DNA from: Girardia tigrina
Taxonomy: Eukaryota
Assembly (NCBI GenBank): GCA_001938485.1
Contig: MQRK01246051.1
Coordinates: 1 to 51,750, forward strand
DNA: 51,750 bases
Reading direction: 5' to 3'
The notes below the pieces were generated by a model, which was not told the origin of the DNA, did no database searches, and saw only the letters and a list, made by a program, of their open reading frames with translations. This document shows positions 11,007 to 24,213 of the stretch, one piece after another (the first letter of the stretch is position 1; each line of letters starts with the position of its first letter). Made by a program: the position numbers and the translations under genes.

Positions 11007-13040
11007 CAGTTGAATTCGCTTAATGTCACATCGCACGGGATAAAACTTTATGTCGATATTAACCGGATGTGGATATTAACCGACTTCCTCAGAAAATGAA
11101 TGCACCGTATCTTACACGTTCAAGTACAGTATACTGCATTCAGTTCAAAAGCAAACCAATCATAATAGCCAACGCCAAGAACAGTATGCGCATCAGAAAT
11201 TGAGAACATGTTAAGACATAAATTCAGTAATTTTACATTGTTTCAGTGTTTTTGTGAGTGCACAATTTTCTCAATGATAATCAAAGAAGACGACGTACTC
11301 TCGTACATATCACGCGAAATCATATATCGTCGAAGAGTTTCAACAACTTCCAGCGCAGCAGCATGTGTTGGTGGAATCGTGGCGATATCAACTGTTTGGA
11401 TGTCACTGTTCGATTCCGCGTCACTGTCGCTATGAGCAGCAGCTGCACTAGCGTTGATATCTCTCACAATATCCGCATCAGTTGGCACCTCTGTAATGAT
11501 GATGTCCTTGTTCATATCGACATAATCACAGAAGTAGATACTTTCAGGAATGAGACCGGCCTGAGCCAAGCGTTCCCACAATGTGTCACCGTTGTAGGCG
11601 GAAGTGACCAAGCCCTCTTCAGGTTCAGTTCCAATTTCTTCTGCAACAGAAAAGGCGGAGGGAAATGCTTTCCTGAAGCAGTTGACAATTGTTTGCTCAG
11701 TGACGCGTTCCCAAGTAGTGCGGAGGAACAGTAGACATAAATTCTTGGCCGAGATCAAATGCAGAAATTCACTTTTCAATTAGGATTCGACGATAATGGC
11801 TTTTGAAGCTCCAAATCACTCCGGCGTCCTTTGGTTGGGAAACGCTTGTTGTGCCAGGAGGGAGGAAGAAGAGGGTTATGTTGCGCAAGCCGAAGATGTG
11901 GGGATGTGCGGGGCAGTTGTCAAGTATCAGGGCAATTAGACGTTTGTTAGCTGCCATTTTCTTATCCAGGTCCCGGATCCACTTGTCGAATAGCCCCGAC
12001 GTCGTTATTGTAGTCCGATCCACACCAATTTTTTCAGCCCCTGCCTTCTGCTGCTGCCCAGAATCAATTTCATTTATAATCTCAATCTTCGAAGCGAGGG
12101 ATAAATCAGCACGTTTTCTTTTCATTAACATGATGTTTTGCATGCGTCACGTGTACAGCAATAATGAAATCGCCGACTGAGTTGAGTGGATGTGTGACTG
12201 GATGATTGTTATTGTACAGATACTATACGCCTGAGCAACACACCTACAGTATCATCCGTGTTGTGCGAGTGCTTGTGGGTATCAAGACTGGTGGCTGGGA
12301 ATATCTATGAGTGTCCAAATCAAATGCACCAACGCAGCTACTCATGTCGCCATCTCCACTCAGCATGATGATTCATTTAAAGAGCTCCATCACCATACAG
12401 GCGCTATACTGCTGGTGGGCCCGTGACAATGTACATGTGTGTGTGTGCGCGCAGAGCCGCAGACACGTGAGTGCTTAAATGTGATATTATGCGGCCTCGT
12501 CGCCGGCTGGGCATGCTAAATCATGTTGATATTAAGCAGATTGTGACAATAACCGACGTGATAATAAACGAATATTTTTCTTAAGGACACAGTAGAAGTT
12601 GACGACAACAGCTCTATATGTTCAGATAGCTCTGTCATCACATGCCTCAAAACTCCCAAAGGCAAGAGACTACGGGGTCCGAAATATGCTCAATGACGGG
12701 ATGGCTCCATAATCCCGAACACTGAGGAGATTATGGAAAAGCCTCCAGAACCCAATCGTAAATACTGGTTCGACGATATGGACATCCATATGTACCTAGA
12801 AACTGTTGAAAAACCAGATAATATTCTGCTTGCACCGAGCTGGGCAATTACCAGAGTACATGAAGGAGAAGAAGACCTATCTTACGTAATGCGTGGATTC
12901 AATTTCGAAAAGTTACAGTACTGTATCGCAGCCGTCAACCATGGCAACACGACACAGTAGAAGACACCAGAGAATCTCCACCATGTTGATAATAACTGAA
13001 TGTGGATATTAAGCAGTGTGACATTAAACGGATTCAACTG
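11007..13040 (-). mobile_element. pogo/Tigger-family DNA transposon, internally deleted
   Basis: TIRs cagttgaattcgcttaatgtcaca / cagttgaatccgtttaatgtcaca with TA flanks; ORFs 11243-12143 with HTH start, LILDNCPAH, FLPPGTTS..QP.DAGVI. Confidence 0.9.
12599..12950 (+). pseudogene. Ulp1/SENP-like cysteine protease fragment inserted in the Tigger element
   Basis: KYWFDDMDIHMYL...CIAAVNHGNT; flanked by a 13 bp direct repeat GACACAGTAGAAG (12586-12598, 12951-12963). Confidence 0.55.
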
Positions 13041-13205
13041 TATGTTTACATTCAATTTGACATTCAATGTCTGTAAAAAATCATTTTATCAATTTTAAAA
13101 TAATTAATGTGAACTTTTTTTTACTTTTTTGAAATTTTACTGACAATTATCAACAGTATATTTTTAAAGTGGTATGATAAATATCAATAAAATTATTTAA
13201 CACTT

Positions 13206-13294
13206 GACGGGCATAGCTCGATGGTTACTTCTCTTGAAATTGATAACGAAACAAATCGTATGACATTAAAACCATGAGTGCGATCCGGTCTTTT
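13206..13294 (+). ncRNA. Vault RNA-like Pol III gene, copy A
   Basis: GACGGGCATAGCTCGATGGTTACTTC...AAACCATGAGTGCGATCCGGTCTTTT; A-box TAGCTCGATGG, inner stem GCTC-G-ATGGTT/AACCAT-GAGT, T4 terminator. Confidence 0.7.
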
Positions 13295-13904
13295 GTGTTT
13301 ATTTACTTGTTTCTAATAAAATTATTTTAAGTGAAATTACAAATCGTTGTTAATTAGTATAACTATTTATTTATAATATTCATAAATTTTTAATAATTTC
13401 ATTTTAATTACTAATATGATGAACAAAATTTTCTTTATGCTGATCAAAATATAAATAATTTAAAAACTCAATATAATTTTTAAAAAATAAAAACTTCTTA
13501 TTTATAATTTCAAAATTAATAAATTTTCATAATTCAAATAAATAATAATTTCAAATTTTTAGTTTAGAAATAGTTTTGGCGATTTAAAATTACAATGTTT
13601 AAATTATTTAGAATTAGGTTTTTCATATGGTTTGAAATTAAATTTTTTACATATTTTAAAACTAAATGTTATTTTTGAATAAGTAAAATTAAATTAAAAC
13701 AAGCAAAAGTAATGATTTAAACCAAGAAATTTATAATAAAAAATTTTATTGAATATTACGTTTAATGTTGAATTTTAAAAATTAATGCAGATTAAGTAAT
13801 AAAAAAAAGAAAATTTGTTTGAGTTTTGTTTATGAATAAAAATTATTAATTTTCATTAACCTTGACTACAAAAATTGATGACTTCAAAAAACTACTTTAA
13901 TGAT

Positions 13905-14170
13905 TCTCTTTTTTATAATTTCTAAATAAATATTTATCAATATCTGATATAACATTTTTCTAAAAAAATACTTTTGTATTCTTTTATATTGAATTCTGTG
14001 TGAAAAATAATATTTTAATTTGGTCACATTGACAAATATATACGTAAAGATTAAAGTTGTTCAACGTTATTTGAACCCGAGCTCTACTTTCATTTGATAT
14101 ATTTGTAAATAATTAATTACATAATATACTACTAATGATCTGTAAATAAAATGTTTCTAAAGCAGTTTTA
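13905..14170 (+). repeat. Spacer block associated with the vault-like array (paralog at ~30066-30320)
   Basis: Near-identical ~260 bp block containing atttgaacccgagctctactttcatttg. Confidence 0.8.
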
Positions 14171-14295
14171 TATTTATATTCAATTTTTGATTGGAATCTG
14201 TTTATTGAATTTTTAACAAATACATTTTTAGGGCCCAATTTTAAATTTCATTTCATCTGTATTGATGATTTCATCGCTTAAATTTAAAACGGTAA

Positions 14296-17200
14296 TGTAA
14301 GCGCAGAAACAATAACAACACAGAAATATTTATTAAATGTAACTGCGAGATTTCAGTAAAGTGAAATTGCGTGCATTTATGTCCATTAAAACAAATGCAA
14401 TATCAACCATATTGCTACATTCCCTCTTCAGAGCTTTGATCCAACTCGTACTCCCTCAAAAACACAGGCGGCCTCCTACGCCGTGTCGATCGCCGCGATC
14501 CCGTTCTTTCATCTGACAACGTTAGATTCACGCCGGTTATTGTCCCTTTTTGCCACGCTTCTGAACAGCGAACATTTGGAGGTTTCACGTATACCCGCTC
14601 ACCAACATTATAACCCACTTCGACGTCTCGTACATTTGGTGCAACCTCTCCTTGTCTTAACATCTTCCATCCGTACCGGAACAGATCCTCCTTCGGAGAT
14701 GTCCTCTTTCCAGTTTGAGGGGCAACGTTATACCAATAAACGGCATCACGTGAGTTTATGCCTGCTCTTGCCACCGATGCACCCATTCGACCACGCCGTT
14801 GCCGCTCGGCTTGTTAGCGCTTTGAAAATGCAACTTTACTTTCCACTCTTTACACAGCTCCTGAAAAGCCTCAGATCTGAAAGCTTTCCCACTGTCTCTA
14901 AAACCACCTTTAGTGACCCAAACTCGTAAAATATTTGACTGAAATGCCTTAATAGCTCTTCTGTTGATTCCCCGTTCACCTCTCTCCAGATGGAATAACA
15001 TGAGTAACAGTCTATGATTGTCAAGAAGGGCTTCCGATTGTGATGCGTGAAATCCGTCGCCAAGGTATTCCACACCTTGTCATTTGTTAACTGTCCCTTC
15101 TGGATCCGAACAGGATGCGGGTCTATCGAATTACATTCGTTACAATTCTGAATTATCCTTTTTATATCGTCTTTATTCACGTGGAATCCTTGTCGAATTA
15201 AAATGTTGTGACTTCTCTCAACTCCGAAATGATGTTTTGAATGCTCTCGACGGATATCTGTGTCAGTGAGCTTCGTATCATTCGCCATCATTACAATCTC
15301 TCTATGACTCCGGTCTAACCACGAACTTCTTACCCGTTTTAAAGCGTCAGCTCTGTTCAATTCCGAGGGTATCCAAATCGGTTTCTATTTCACGTTATAA
15401 CTTTCCAAGATCTCCCCGATGGTCGTTAATCGCCTTCTGAATAACATCTCCTTCATTCCGGTTACTTTTATCTTCTTTTCTCTGTGCAGAATCCCACTCA
15501 ACCAGCCAAAGACAGATGCAGAGTCAGTAACGATATCCAATTCCCTCACTCCCCATTTTATCGCCAAATTTATTCCCCTCACGACCGCATCGCGTTCGGT
15601 AACATTGATGTGTGCACATTCAACCTCGCATAGTAACCAACAGCCGTCCTCTACAATGTTTCCTGCAATTTCCAATACGCATCCTATTGCAATTTTACTC
15701 GCATCACACCATACTTTGCCAGATTTCTCACTTCTCGGGACGTACCAGACACCGTTTGCGGGATCATCATTCCTCACTCGTTGAATTGTATCTTCCAACA
15801 TTGTTCGTATATCTTCAGATACTGATTCTTGCCAACGATATCGATTGCATTTTCTTTTTATGAAATTTGCAGCTACCCTCAACCATGCTACGATTGGATA
15901 ATGACTAATTAACTGTCCACAAAACGAAAACACACCCTTTTTCGTTAAACGACTGACAATTTCCGGAACAGTCCTTCCTCTGGTTCACATGACTGTTCCA
16001 TCTTCCTCATAAATTTATAGACCGAACAACTTCGATCCGATGAAATCCGACGTTTCTTTGCACTCCAAACCGAAACACTTCAGATGCTCAACAACTTCTT
16101 CTACCGAAACAACTGATCCGTCTACTAAAATGTCGTTTACTTAAATGCTGGTTTCGGAACGTATTTTTACTACGAAGCTCAACACATGTTTCAGGACTGT
16201 CGTCATAATACATGGAGCCCACGCCAAACCGAAACCTAGCTTTGTCATATTTTATACGACCCCATCGTAACATACCCTCTGATATTTCCAAAGATTCTCT
16301 TTGACATGTAACTGCAGGTACACGTTCCGAAGATCCAATGCCTGTTTATTTTCAGATTTTTGTCGCCATTCTCGGAGTTTAGCGTCGCACGAGTCAAAAT
16401 CCATCATGTGTGATGAAATGGAGGGATTTAACTCGCGAAAATCAAGTACTGGTCTTCCTTTATTTTTCTGCTTCTGAACCACCGCCATCAGTGGTAATAA
16501 CCCTTTCTTTGTTGGATCATCACTTTCCACCAGCCATCCTTTCTCTATCCAAGAATTGATTTCGTCCCTAAATCTCGTCCGTACTTCTGGATCTTTGGTT
16601 GTATAAGAATCAATTTGATTTGTCAGCTTAGGTTCTTTGCGGCTCCATTTCCATTCCACTGTCCACCTTCTATGACTAAATTTTGCGCTAAAGTCTAAAT
16701 CTTCAATGGATATCTCTTTTCTGCCTTCAATCTCGCAATCCTATTTGCAAAAAACGTACTTCTCAGATTCCGGTTTTTTTCCGATTTCATTTGCCTTAGG
16801 AAAATAAATATTTTCCTTATGATCGATACAAAGCCCGCCTAATTTCTCTATTGAATCCATTCCCAATATCACATCGATATTATCAAAAATAAATGAAACG
16901 ATCATACACGAAACCTTGATTTTCGGCATCTCTTCTACTCCTATTATCACATTGCACGTGCCTCTCGTGATTAACGTCGCTCCTCCTATCCCATATAATT
17001 TATGAGACCATCGCTTCTCTACGCCGCAGAGCGTCTCACGAACCATTGTCAGGTTGCTTCCCGTGTCTATTAAACAACGCACCCGTCTCCCGTTCCCACT
17101 CAGTATCGTCTCGGCCGGTGAACCTGGGTTCGACAGAAGTTTCACGGCGCCAGCTATATTCTTTTTTTAAAATCAGTTAACGGAGGCTTACTTTGGGCAC

Positions 17201-17999
17201 TGCCTGACTTCGCGTTATGACTGCTTTCTCCGCAGGAATAACATCTTGCTGGTGACACCCGTTGTACGTGACAATCTCTCGCGAAGTGTCCTCTCTTTCC
17301 GCATCTAAAGCACGTAACACCTTGAAGATATGATCTGGTCGCAAAGGCCACACTTCCATCATTCTTTCTCGCCTCTTGTCAAAGAATCCGAGCTTTCTCG
17401 ACAATGTCATCCAACGACACTTTGTCAAGGTCTCCCATTCTGATCATCGTTTGAATCTTCGTCCCGATATTGCTCGGCAATCTGAGAACAACCAAGAACA
17501 ACACCAGCAGTTTCTCACTCTCACTCACTCCGGACCTTTTACTCAATTTCCGGATGGCCTGAACGTATTCGTCCAACAACTCGTCTCGCCTCAACTTCCT
17601 TTCGCGTAATGACTCAAAACAGTCAATTTTCGACATACCGAAAGCCTCGAACAACGCTTTCTCTATTTCAGCCTGTTCCACCTTCGAGTCATAGCTTAGG
17701 TTGTTCCACACATCATAAACGACGCCCTCCAGAAGCATCGGAATGACTTCTGTTACACATTCTTTCGTAATTTTCGCGACGGTCGTTAATTTTTCAATCC
17801 AGGCCACCACATCGTAATTTTTTCCGTCAAAAATTTTTATCGACTTAAGAATTTTCGATATAAAATCCGATGATAGCTCGTAAGCGTAAAAACAATAACA
17901 CCGAAATATGTATTCAATGTAACTGCGAGATTTCAGTCAAGTCAAATTTCGCGCATTTATGTTCATTAAAAGAAATACAATATCAACCATATTGCTGCA
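14296..17999 (-). mobile_element. Compact Ty3/gypsy-like LTR retrotransposon with ~120 bp LTRs (degenerate gag-PR-RT-RH-IN)
   Basis: LTRs 14296-14419 and 17879-17999, PPT aagagggaa, TSD GGTAA/GGTAT; CFRCGKRGHFARDC knuckle, LIDTGS protease, PVLDFRELN RT, WCDAS..HIN..E RNase H, HHCC/DFT integrase. Confidence 0.92.
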
Positions 18000-18249
18000 G
18001 GTATTTTGAACGTCAAATTGACAAACGACAAATAATTTACGTAAATTTATAAATTTTTTATTCAGTGAATAGATTTTGTTTTTTAAAGATTGTTAAATAT
18101 ATTAATAAAAATCCTAGAACATATATCAATGTAAAAATCATCACTTATATTAGCTTTATCTCATGTGGCTTTGTATAATGTAACACAAAAACAGAAGTTT
18201 CAGAGTTGCTTCAATAAATTAAAACAAGAAAATAAACAACTGTGAAATG

Positions 18250-18960
18250 AGATATCAAAAATTAAAAAATGAAAGTTACACCAAAGTCTGATATACATGC
18301 TATGATTCAAAAAATGCACGAATGACTGTTACATATATGTATAGAGAGAACCACAGCTGCATTAAAAATGAATTCTATTGATAAAGAATGGATCCCGATA
18401 TAAAAGATTTTGTTTCAAAGTGTGAAGCGTTATGAAATAAAAATAAAAAATTGTAGCGATGGAGCACCAATTAACCATATAGAAGCAAATATGTCATTTG
18501 AAGAAATTGGAGTGAATATATCTGGGCCGGCTTGAAACTTCTGAAAAAGCATCTTGTTATATTTTAGGAATAATCGACTACTTCGTCAAATTTGTGATTT
18601 TAATCCCTGTTAGAACAATATAATGAGATTATTATGGGATCAATCGATATCAAAGTACGGGAAACCGGAGCGAGTAAATTCAGATAACGGTTCTTATTTT
18701 TTTGATTGAACCATTTATTTCTAATGAATATTAATTAAACTTAAAGCTCATCATAATACCCTCAATCATATAGATAAATCGAATTATTTAATATAGATAA
18801 ATTAAATTAAATTAAAGCAATCATATAGATAAATCGAACGAAATTTTCTTATAGCTAAAGAAATGATAAGTGTATCTATCTAATCTTTTAAAACTCTGGA
18901 TTGTACAGAAGTTCTAAGTATTGTAGAATATGGTTTGCGATGTGTAATAGTTTATGGAAG
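18250..18960 (+). pseudogene. Gypsy integrase remnant
   Basis: FEEIGVNISGP, YILGIIDYFVKFVILIP, YGKPERVNSDNGSYF across frameshifts. Confidence 0.7.
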
Positions 18961-20129
18961 AAAACCATAATTACTAAATTTTAATGGATAAAAATGAGGG
19001 AAGAAGATAAGAAAGTAAATACGTATCATAGCTTAAGAATGCACAACAAAAACTGAATAAATTAGTCTCATATAATATAAAAATAGTTTGAAGTATTCAG
19101 ATAATTTGTAAAACAAAAACATGTGTATTCTTAGGGTTTCAAAAAATGCAAAGGAACATTTTTAGTAAAATATTTATGTAGAAAAAAATTTAAAATAATT
19201 CTTTAGGTAAAATTATTAATTTCAAACAAAATAAATTTAGTTTAACAAAATTTGGAATTGAAAATTAAAAATATTTTAGTCTTTGCTTTATTTGATCAAT
19301 TTTCAAGGCTGATGAAAACTACTATATAAACAGCAGCAAATTTAGTTTAGTTTGCCCAAAATTTTCTCTTAATGACATTAAAAAAGGGAAGTCACAAGTA
19401 AAATTACTATTTGTTCTTTAATATATTTTTTAAATTGTATAAATTCATAAGTATCCCGTGTGCAAGAAAAAGGTTTTTAAGTAGTATTCAAATTATTGTT
19501 CGTTTTGGAGATTCACAGTTTTTACTGTAATCTGTTAACTCCCACGAAATATTGATTTGTGTTTGTGTTCTGTCATCAAAGAATTGAATTATTATTATTG
19601 TTCTACGTGTTAATTTTGTTATTTGAAAATAAAGTTTTTATAAAAGAATTTGTGTTCATCATTTATATGTTAATGTTGGAAGTCCTTACTGATTAATTGG
19701 AGTCAGATTAACGATTAAAGATTAAAGATTTGTGTTTTAAAAAGTAAATATTTAAATTTAAAGATTTTAATACCCAACAGTATACCAAATTCAAATTCGG
19801 AGATAAAGATTAAAGAAAAAAATATACATTGGACAGTTTAGTATAAAAATTATTAATAATAATTGGACTTCTGAATTATTGGACAAAATATCTCATAAGC
19901 TCCTGAAAAGAAACTTCAATCAATTTTAAAGATATGAAGGACGATTAAGTATTCCTTGCGATCGAACATCAAGTGTATCATCCAGCTTCGTCTTGAAAAC
20001 ACTATCGTTAAAAAACAGATATCCAGTAAAAAGCACAAGAAGTCCCATTCCAAAATTATGGTGACTCCAGAGGGGGATGTTATATTATCATTTATAATAA
20101 TGTATTTAAAAAAAATAAAAGACTAAATA

Positions 20130-21899
20130 TTAGGTTAGTCGAAAAATAATGGCGGTTTTGGGACACAAACTTCAAAGACGTGCAAATTCACAGAAGCAAA
20201 AGTTTATTAATCAAAGTATGAACCGTTGGCATTAATACATTTTTGCCAACGAGAAACAAGTTGTTTTATTCCATCAGCATAAAATGCATCGGTTATCGAA
20301 GCGACGAATTCTTGGAAGGCATTTTGAGCATCATTTTGGTTTTTAAAATTTTTTCACGTAGGAAGTTGTACAAATACCTGAAAAAGTAGAAGTCTGTTGG
20401 CTAGAGGTCTGGTGAATATGGTGGATGAAGCAGGGTTCTATAGCCCAACTCATTAAGCTTTTGAAGAGTCACTTTTAAATTTGAGGTCTAGTGTTATTAT
20501 GAAGAAGGATGGGACTTTTTCGATTGACCAATCCCGGACAAAGGGTTTTCAATTTCTTATGCATTTCATCAATTTCATGACAGTACCTCTCCGCTGTGAT
20601 TGTTTCACCTGTGTGAGGAATATTTGGTGTGTGGATGTTTTTGTGTAGTTTTTGCATGTTCAAATGTTGTATGTTGATTTGGGATTGTGCCTCTCCTAAC
20701 CAGATCGATTATCAATATTTAATTTTTTATAATCTGAAACTAATTTATTTAAATTTAGATTTAATATTCAAATTTTTAGTTTTTATTATTGCAACTTTTA
20801 AATAATTTTAATGATTTTATTTTTGTAAATTTTTCAATAATTAAAATCAAATTAATGTTTAAAAATGACTATAAAAATATTTTATTTTAGCCAATCAAAT
20901 TTAAATTAAATATTTTTAAATAAAATAATCTTATCAAGTATAGTTCAGATTATAATGGGAGATATTGAAAATTGATTGATGGATTCTAGTGAAAGCAATA
21001 ATATTGATCATCATAAAGATGATAAAAATTGTGAATATAATAAATGTTCTGTCAAATGTGTGAGTTCTCTTAACAACCTGGATTCAAGAAACTATAGTGG
21101 ATGATTCCAGTATCACGACACCAAACTGTCACCATAACCTTATAGGGTGTTAGTTTCGGTTTTGGAAAGTGTTTCGTACTTCATCTTTGTCCAACCACTG
21201 TGCAGATTGACGTCGGTTATCATACAGGATCCATTTCTCATCACAGGTAACAATACGATGAAAAGAAATGGATCGTTTTTATTGCGAAGATGATTGGCAG
21301 AACAAATTTCATAGCGTCTGTTCTTTTGATTTTCATTCAAGTCATGTGGAACCCATTTATCAAGTTTCTTGATTTTTCCAAGTTATTTTAAATGATCCAG
21401 GACTGTTGAATGACTAATGCCCAACCCATCTGCAAGTTCTCTGATTGTTGTATGGGGATCTGTTTCCACCATTGTCCTCAAATTGTCGTTGTTCACAGCA
21501 ACTGGACGACCACGACCTTCTTCATCTTCAAGGTTTTCATCTCCATCAGAAAATTTTCGGAAGCATCGTTGCACTGTGCGCTCAGAAGATGTTCCCTTGC
21601 CAAACGCTTTATTGATATTGCGAGCCGTTTCAGCTGCTTTACGACCCAGTTTAAATTCGTACAAGAAAATTGCTCGAATTTTAATTTTTTCCATTATTAA
21701 TTTAGCACNNNNNNNNNNNNNNNNNNNNNNNNNNNNNNNNNNNNNNNNNNNNNNNNNNAATAATGGCTATAGGAATATACAGCTAGGCATAAGATTTCAA
21801 ATAATATCAAACACTAATGCATTTAAACTTATATACATATCAAAGTAGATAAACAAAGTATAAAGCTCAAAAACCGCAATTATTTTTCGACCAACCTAA
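20130..21899 (-). mobile_element. mariner (cecropia-like) element, full span, disrupted by a solo LTR
   Basis: TIRs ttaggtt(a/g)gtcgaaaaataat at both ends, TA TSD; KWVPHDL, LLHNNTRP, HPPYSPDL motifs; ORF 21383-21694. Confidence 0.93.
20612..21075 (+). mobile_element. Solo LTR of the gypsy family at 30797-34060
   Basis: TG...CA ends, 5 bp TSD ACCTG (20607-20611/21076-21080); removal restores mariner NPGETIT; similar to 30797-31251, ~24025-24185 and ~49582-49860. Confidence 0.88.
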
Positions 21900-22009
21900 T
21901 ATATTTTAAAATAATTATTTTTGTAACAATCTGTTTGATAATAAATAATAAGATTGTTCGAATTTTATTAATTTTATAATTATTGAGATATACAACAATA
22001 GTACAGAAA

Positions 22010-22890
22010 TAATCGCCTCAAACATCAACAATGCCAGAGTGCGACAAGTTTTGTCAAAAAAAACAACGAACCGATAATTTGCAAAGTTCCTCGAAGGTAA
22101 AATGTTTTGAATAATAAACTACGACCAGAAAGAGAAGCAAAATGGATCGGGATACAGTCAATGAAGTATTTCAAGAAACTCCAACTTTATCAACTGAAAA
22201 CTTAGCTAGTTATATTTGACTGTTCTTAGATAACAATTTTGAAGATATTGGAAGCATCCTAAATCAGTTGCTTGGGTGCAATAGGATCCTACACGCTCTC
22301 ATTCACGTTGAGAAGAACAAGAGAAACGAAATTTCAAAAAAAGTTGATGCGCCGTCAAAATCGCATTTCATTTGGCCAATAATTTCAAAATTGATGAGAA
22401 GTGAATATTTTTGAAAAACCAGAGACGTCAAAACTAAGACTTGTCGTTTGGATAACAGGAAACTCAATATTAAAGTTCAAATCAATTGTCGCTGAAAGCA
22501 ATGTTGTAATCATTTGACACATAACTGAACCTATTCATTGAAACTTATAGCAAGATTAACAGATTGGACAGTTTCAATCAGTCTCTTTCGTGCTGTCGTA
22601 ATGTCATTCTTTTGTGGGATAACGCTCATTCTCATGTGTGACAATTGACACAAGCCAAGCTTTACGAATTTGATTGGGAGTGTCCAGATCACACACAGTA
22701 CTCTCCTGAGTTTTCCTTCCTACCATATAAATACTTCCTTAATAAGAACAAGTTTTAAGACGTTAAGCATTTGAATCAAGATTTGTCAGTTTTATTAGAA
22801 TCAAAGGATCCAGTATTTTGAAGCTAAGGTAATGATTTATTGCCAGAGACGTTTCGAAAATGAATTGATTCAAATTGAAAATATTTAATA
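22010..22890 (+). pseudogene. Old mariner transposase remnant
   Basis: IDEK*I, LLWDNAHSH, HTQYSPE motifs with many stops. Confidence 0.7.
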
Positions 22891-24213
22891 AAAATTATCT
22901 GATACTTTTTGTTATTTGGAATAATAAATTATTGTATTCATTATGAAACTTAGTTTAAGACTTAATCAAATAAAGTTCCACGGGTGTTAAAATCAATTGT
23001 GAATAAATTAATGCTTGTATATTTTTGCTAAGTATTTTAATAGAAAGCTAAGTTTTTATTTTATATTGATAATTTTAAGTGTCAAAAACATGATAAAAAG
23101 ATACATAGTTAAAAACGAAAAATTCAAACACAATGAAAATATAATTCTTCACTAGAACATATTTTTTTTAACCAATACCTTATTTGGTAATCGGGAGGGT
23201 TACCAGTTTAATATACTCTTAAGACGCCGTTTTAATCAACAGTTGACAATTTATTTTGGTGAGTATAAGGGATGCTGATTTAGTGATAAACACGTGGAAG
23301 CTCTTAGAGACTGAAGAATCGCGCAGCTGCTGCAGATATCGGAACACATGAGCGGGATCATCCGTACGTTCGACAATCGATCGGTCCTGTCAAGAATGGA
23401 GGCAAGAGCTATAGTTGTCGCATAAAAGCTTACCGGATCGAGATGGCTGTCGACGAAAACGTAACGGGCGGCCATCTTACCCGATAATCCCTGAAGTGAC
23501 TTTTAATCTAATAAAGTTTACTGGCATATCAATTTCGAAAGTAAAGATGCAAATAAATCGATGAGAAGTTTTATTTTTAACACAGAGAATCGGATCGACA
23601 ATTCATAAACATTGCAACACCACGCTTTTAGTCTTACATTCAATTTTCAATTAATCAACAAAAACTTTAAAAATTCTTCTTTTTAAAACAAAGTTATTTT
23701 TTTAATTCTTTTCGATTTTAATTAATTATTGTTAAATTTTGCAACTAATGAATTTTATCAGTTTCTTTTTTTTAATTCGTAAATTATAATTCATTTTTGC
23801 ATACGTAATTCAAAATCGAAATCCGAAATTAAATTTATGATTATCTTGAGTATTTTTAAATTTCAGTTGCTGATTCTATTTTTGCTTAACTCAATTAGTT
23901 ATTTCTAATAGTAGAATCGATTTTGAATTAAGTTTTTGTAATTGAAATTCACTACACCTTACCTGAGCGTATTTTCGTTTTTGCATAGAAAGAGAGGTCA
24001 CCTTGGAAAGAATCGCATTGTTATTGTAAGGAATATTTGGAATGTTTGATGTTTTGTGTTTGAATGTTGTATGTTGATTTGGAATTGTGTCTCTCCTACC
24101 CAGATGGATGATTAATATTTGAATTCTTATTATCTAAAATAATGTAATGTTTAAATTTATTTTTAATTTAAAATAATTGTAAAAGTAATAATCGGCAAAC
24201 CAAATTGCTATAT

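Noticed and set aside
13206-13294. tRNA or tRNA-derived SINE interpretation of the vault-like repeats
   Set aside because: No cloverleaf, canonical B-box, tail or TSD; a conserved panhandle with GGTTACTTC and T4 fits vault RNA better, though this is unconfirmed by search
19309-19345. Possible sixth hammerhead (CTGATGA...)
   Set aside because: No GAAA after a credible stem II, no stem I and no adjacent PLE ORF end
23251-23495. CpG-rich patch as a host exon
   Set aside because: Possible splice signals on the minus strand, but no consistent frame or recognisable product
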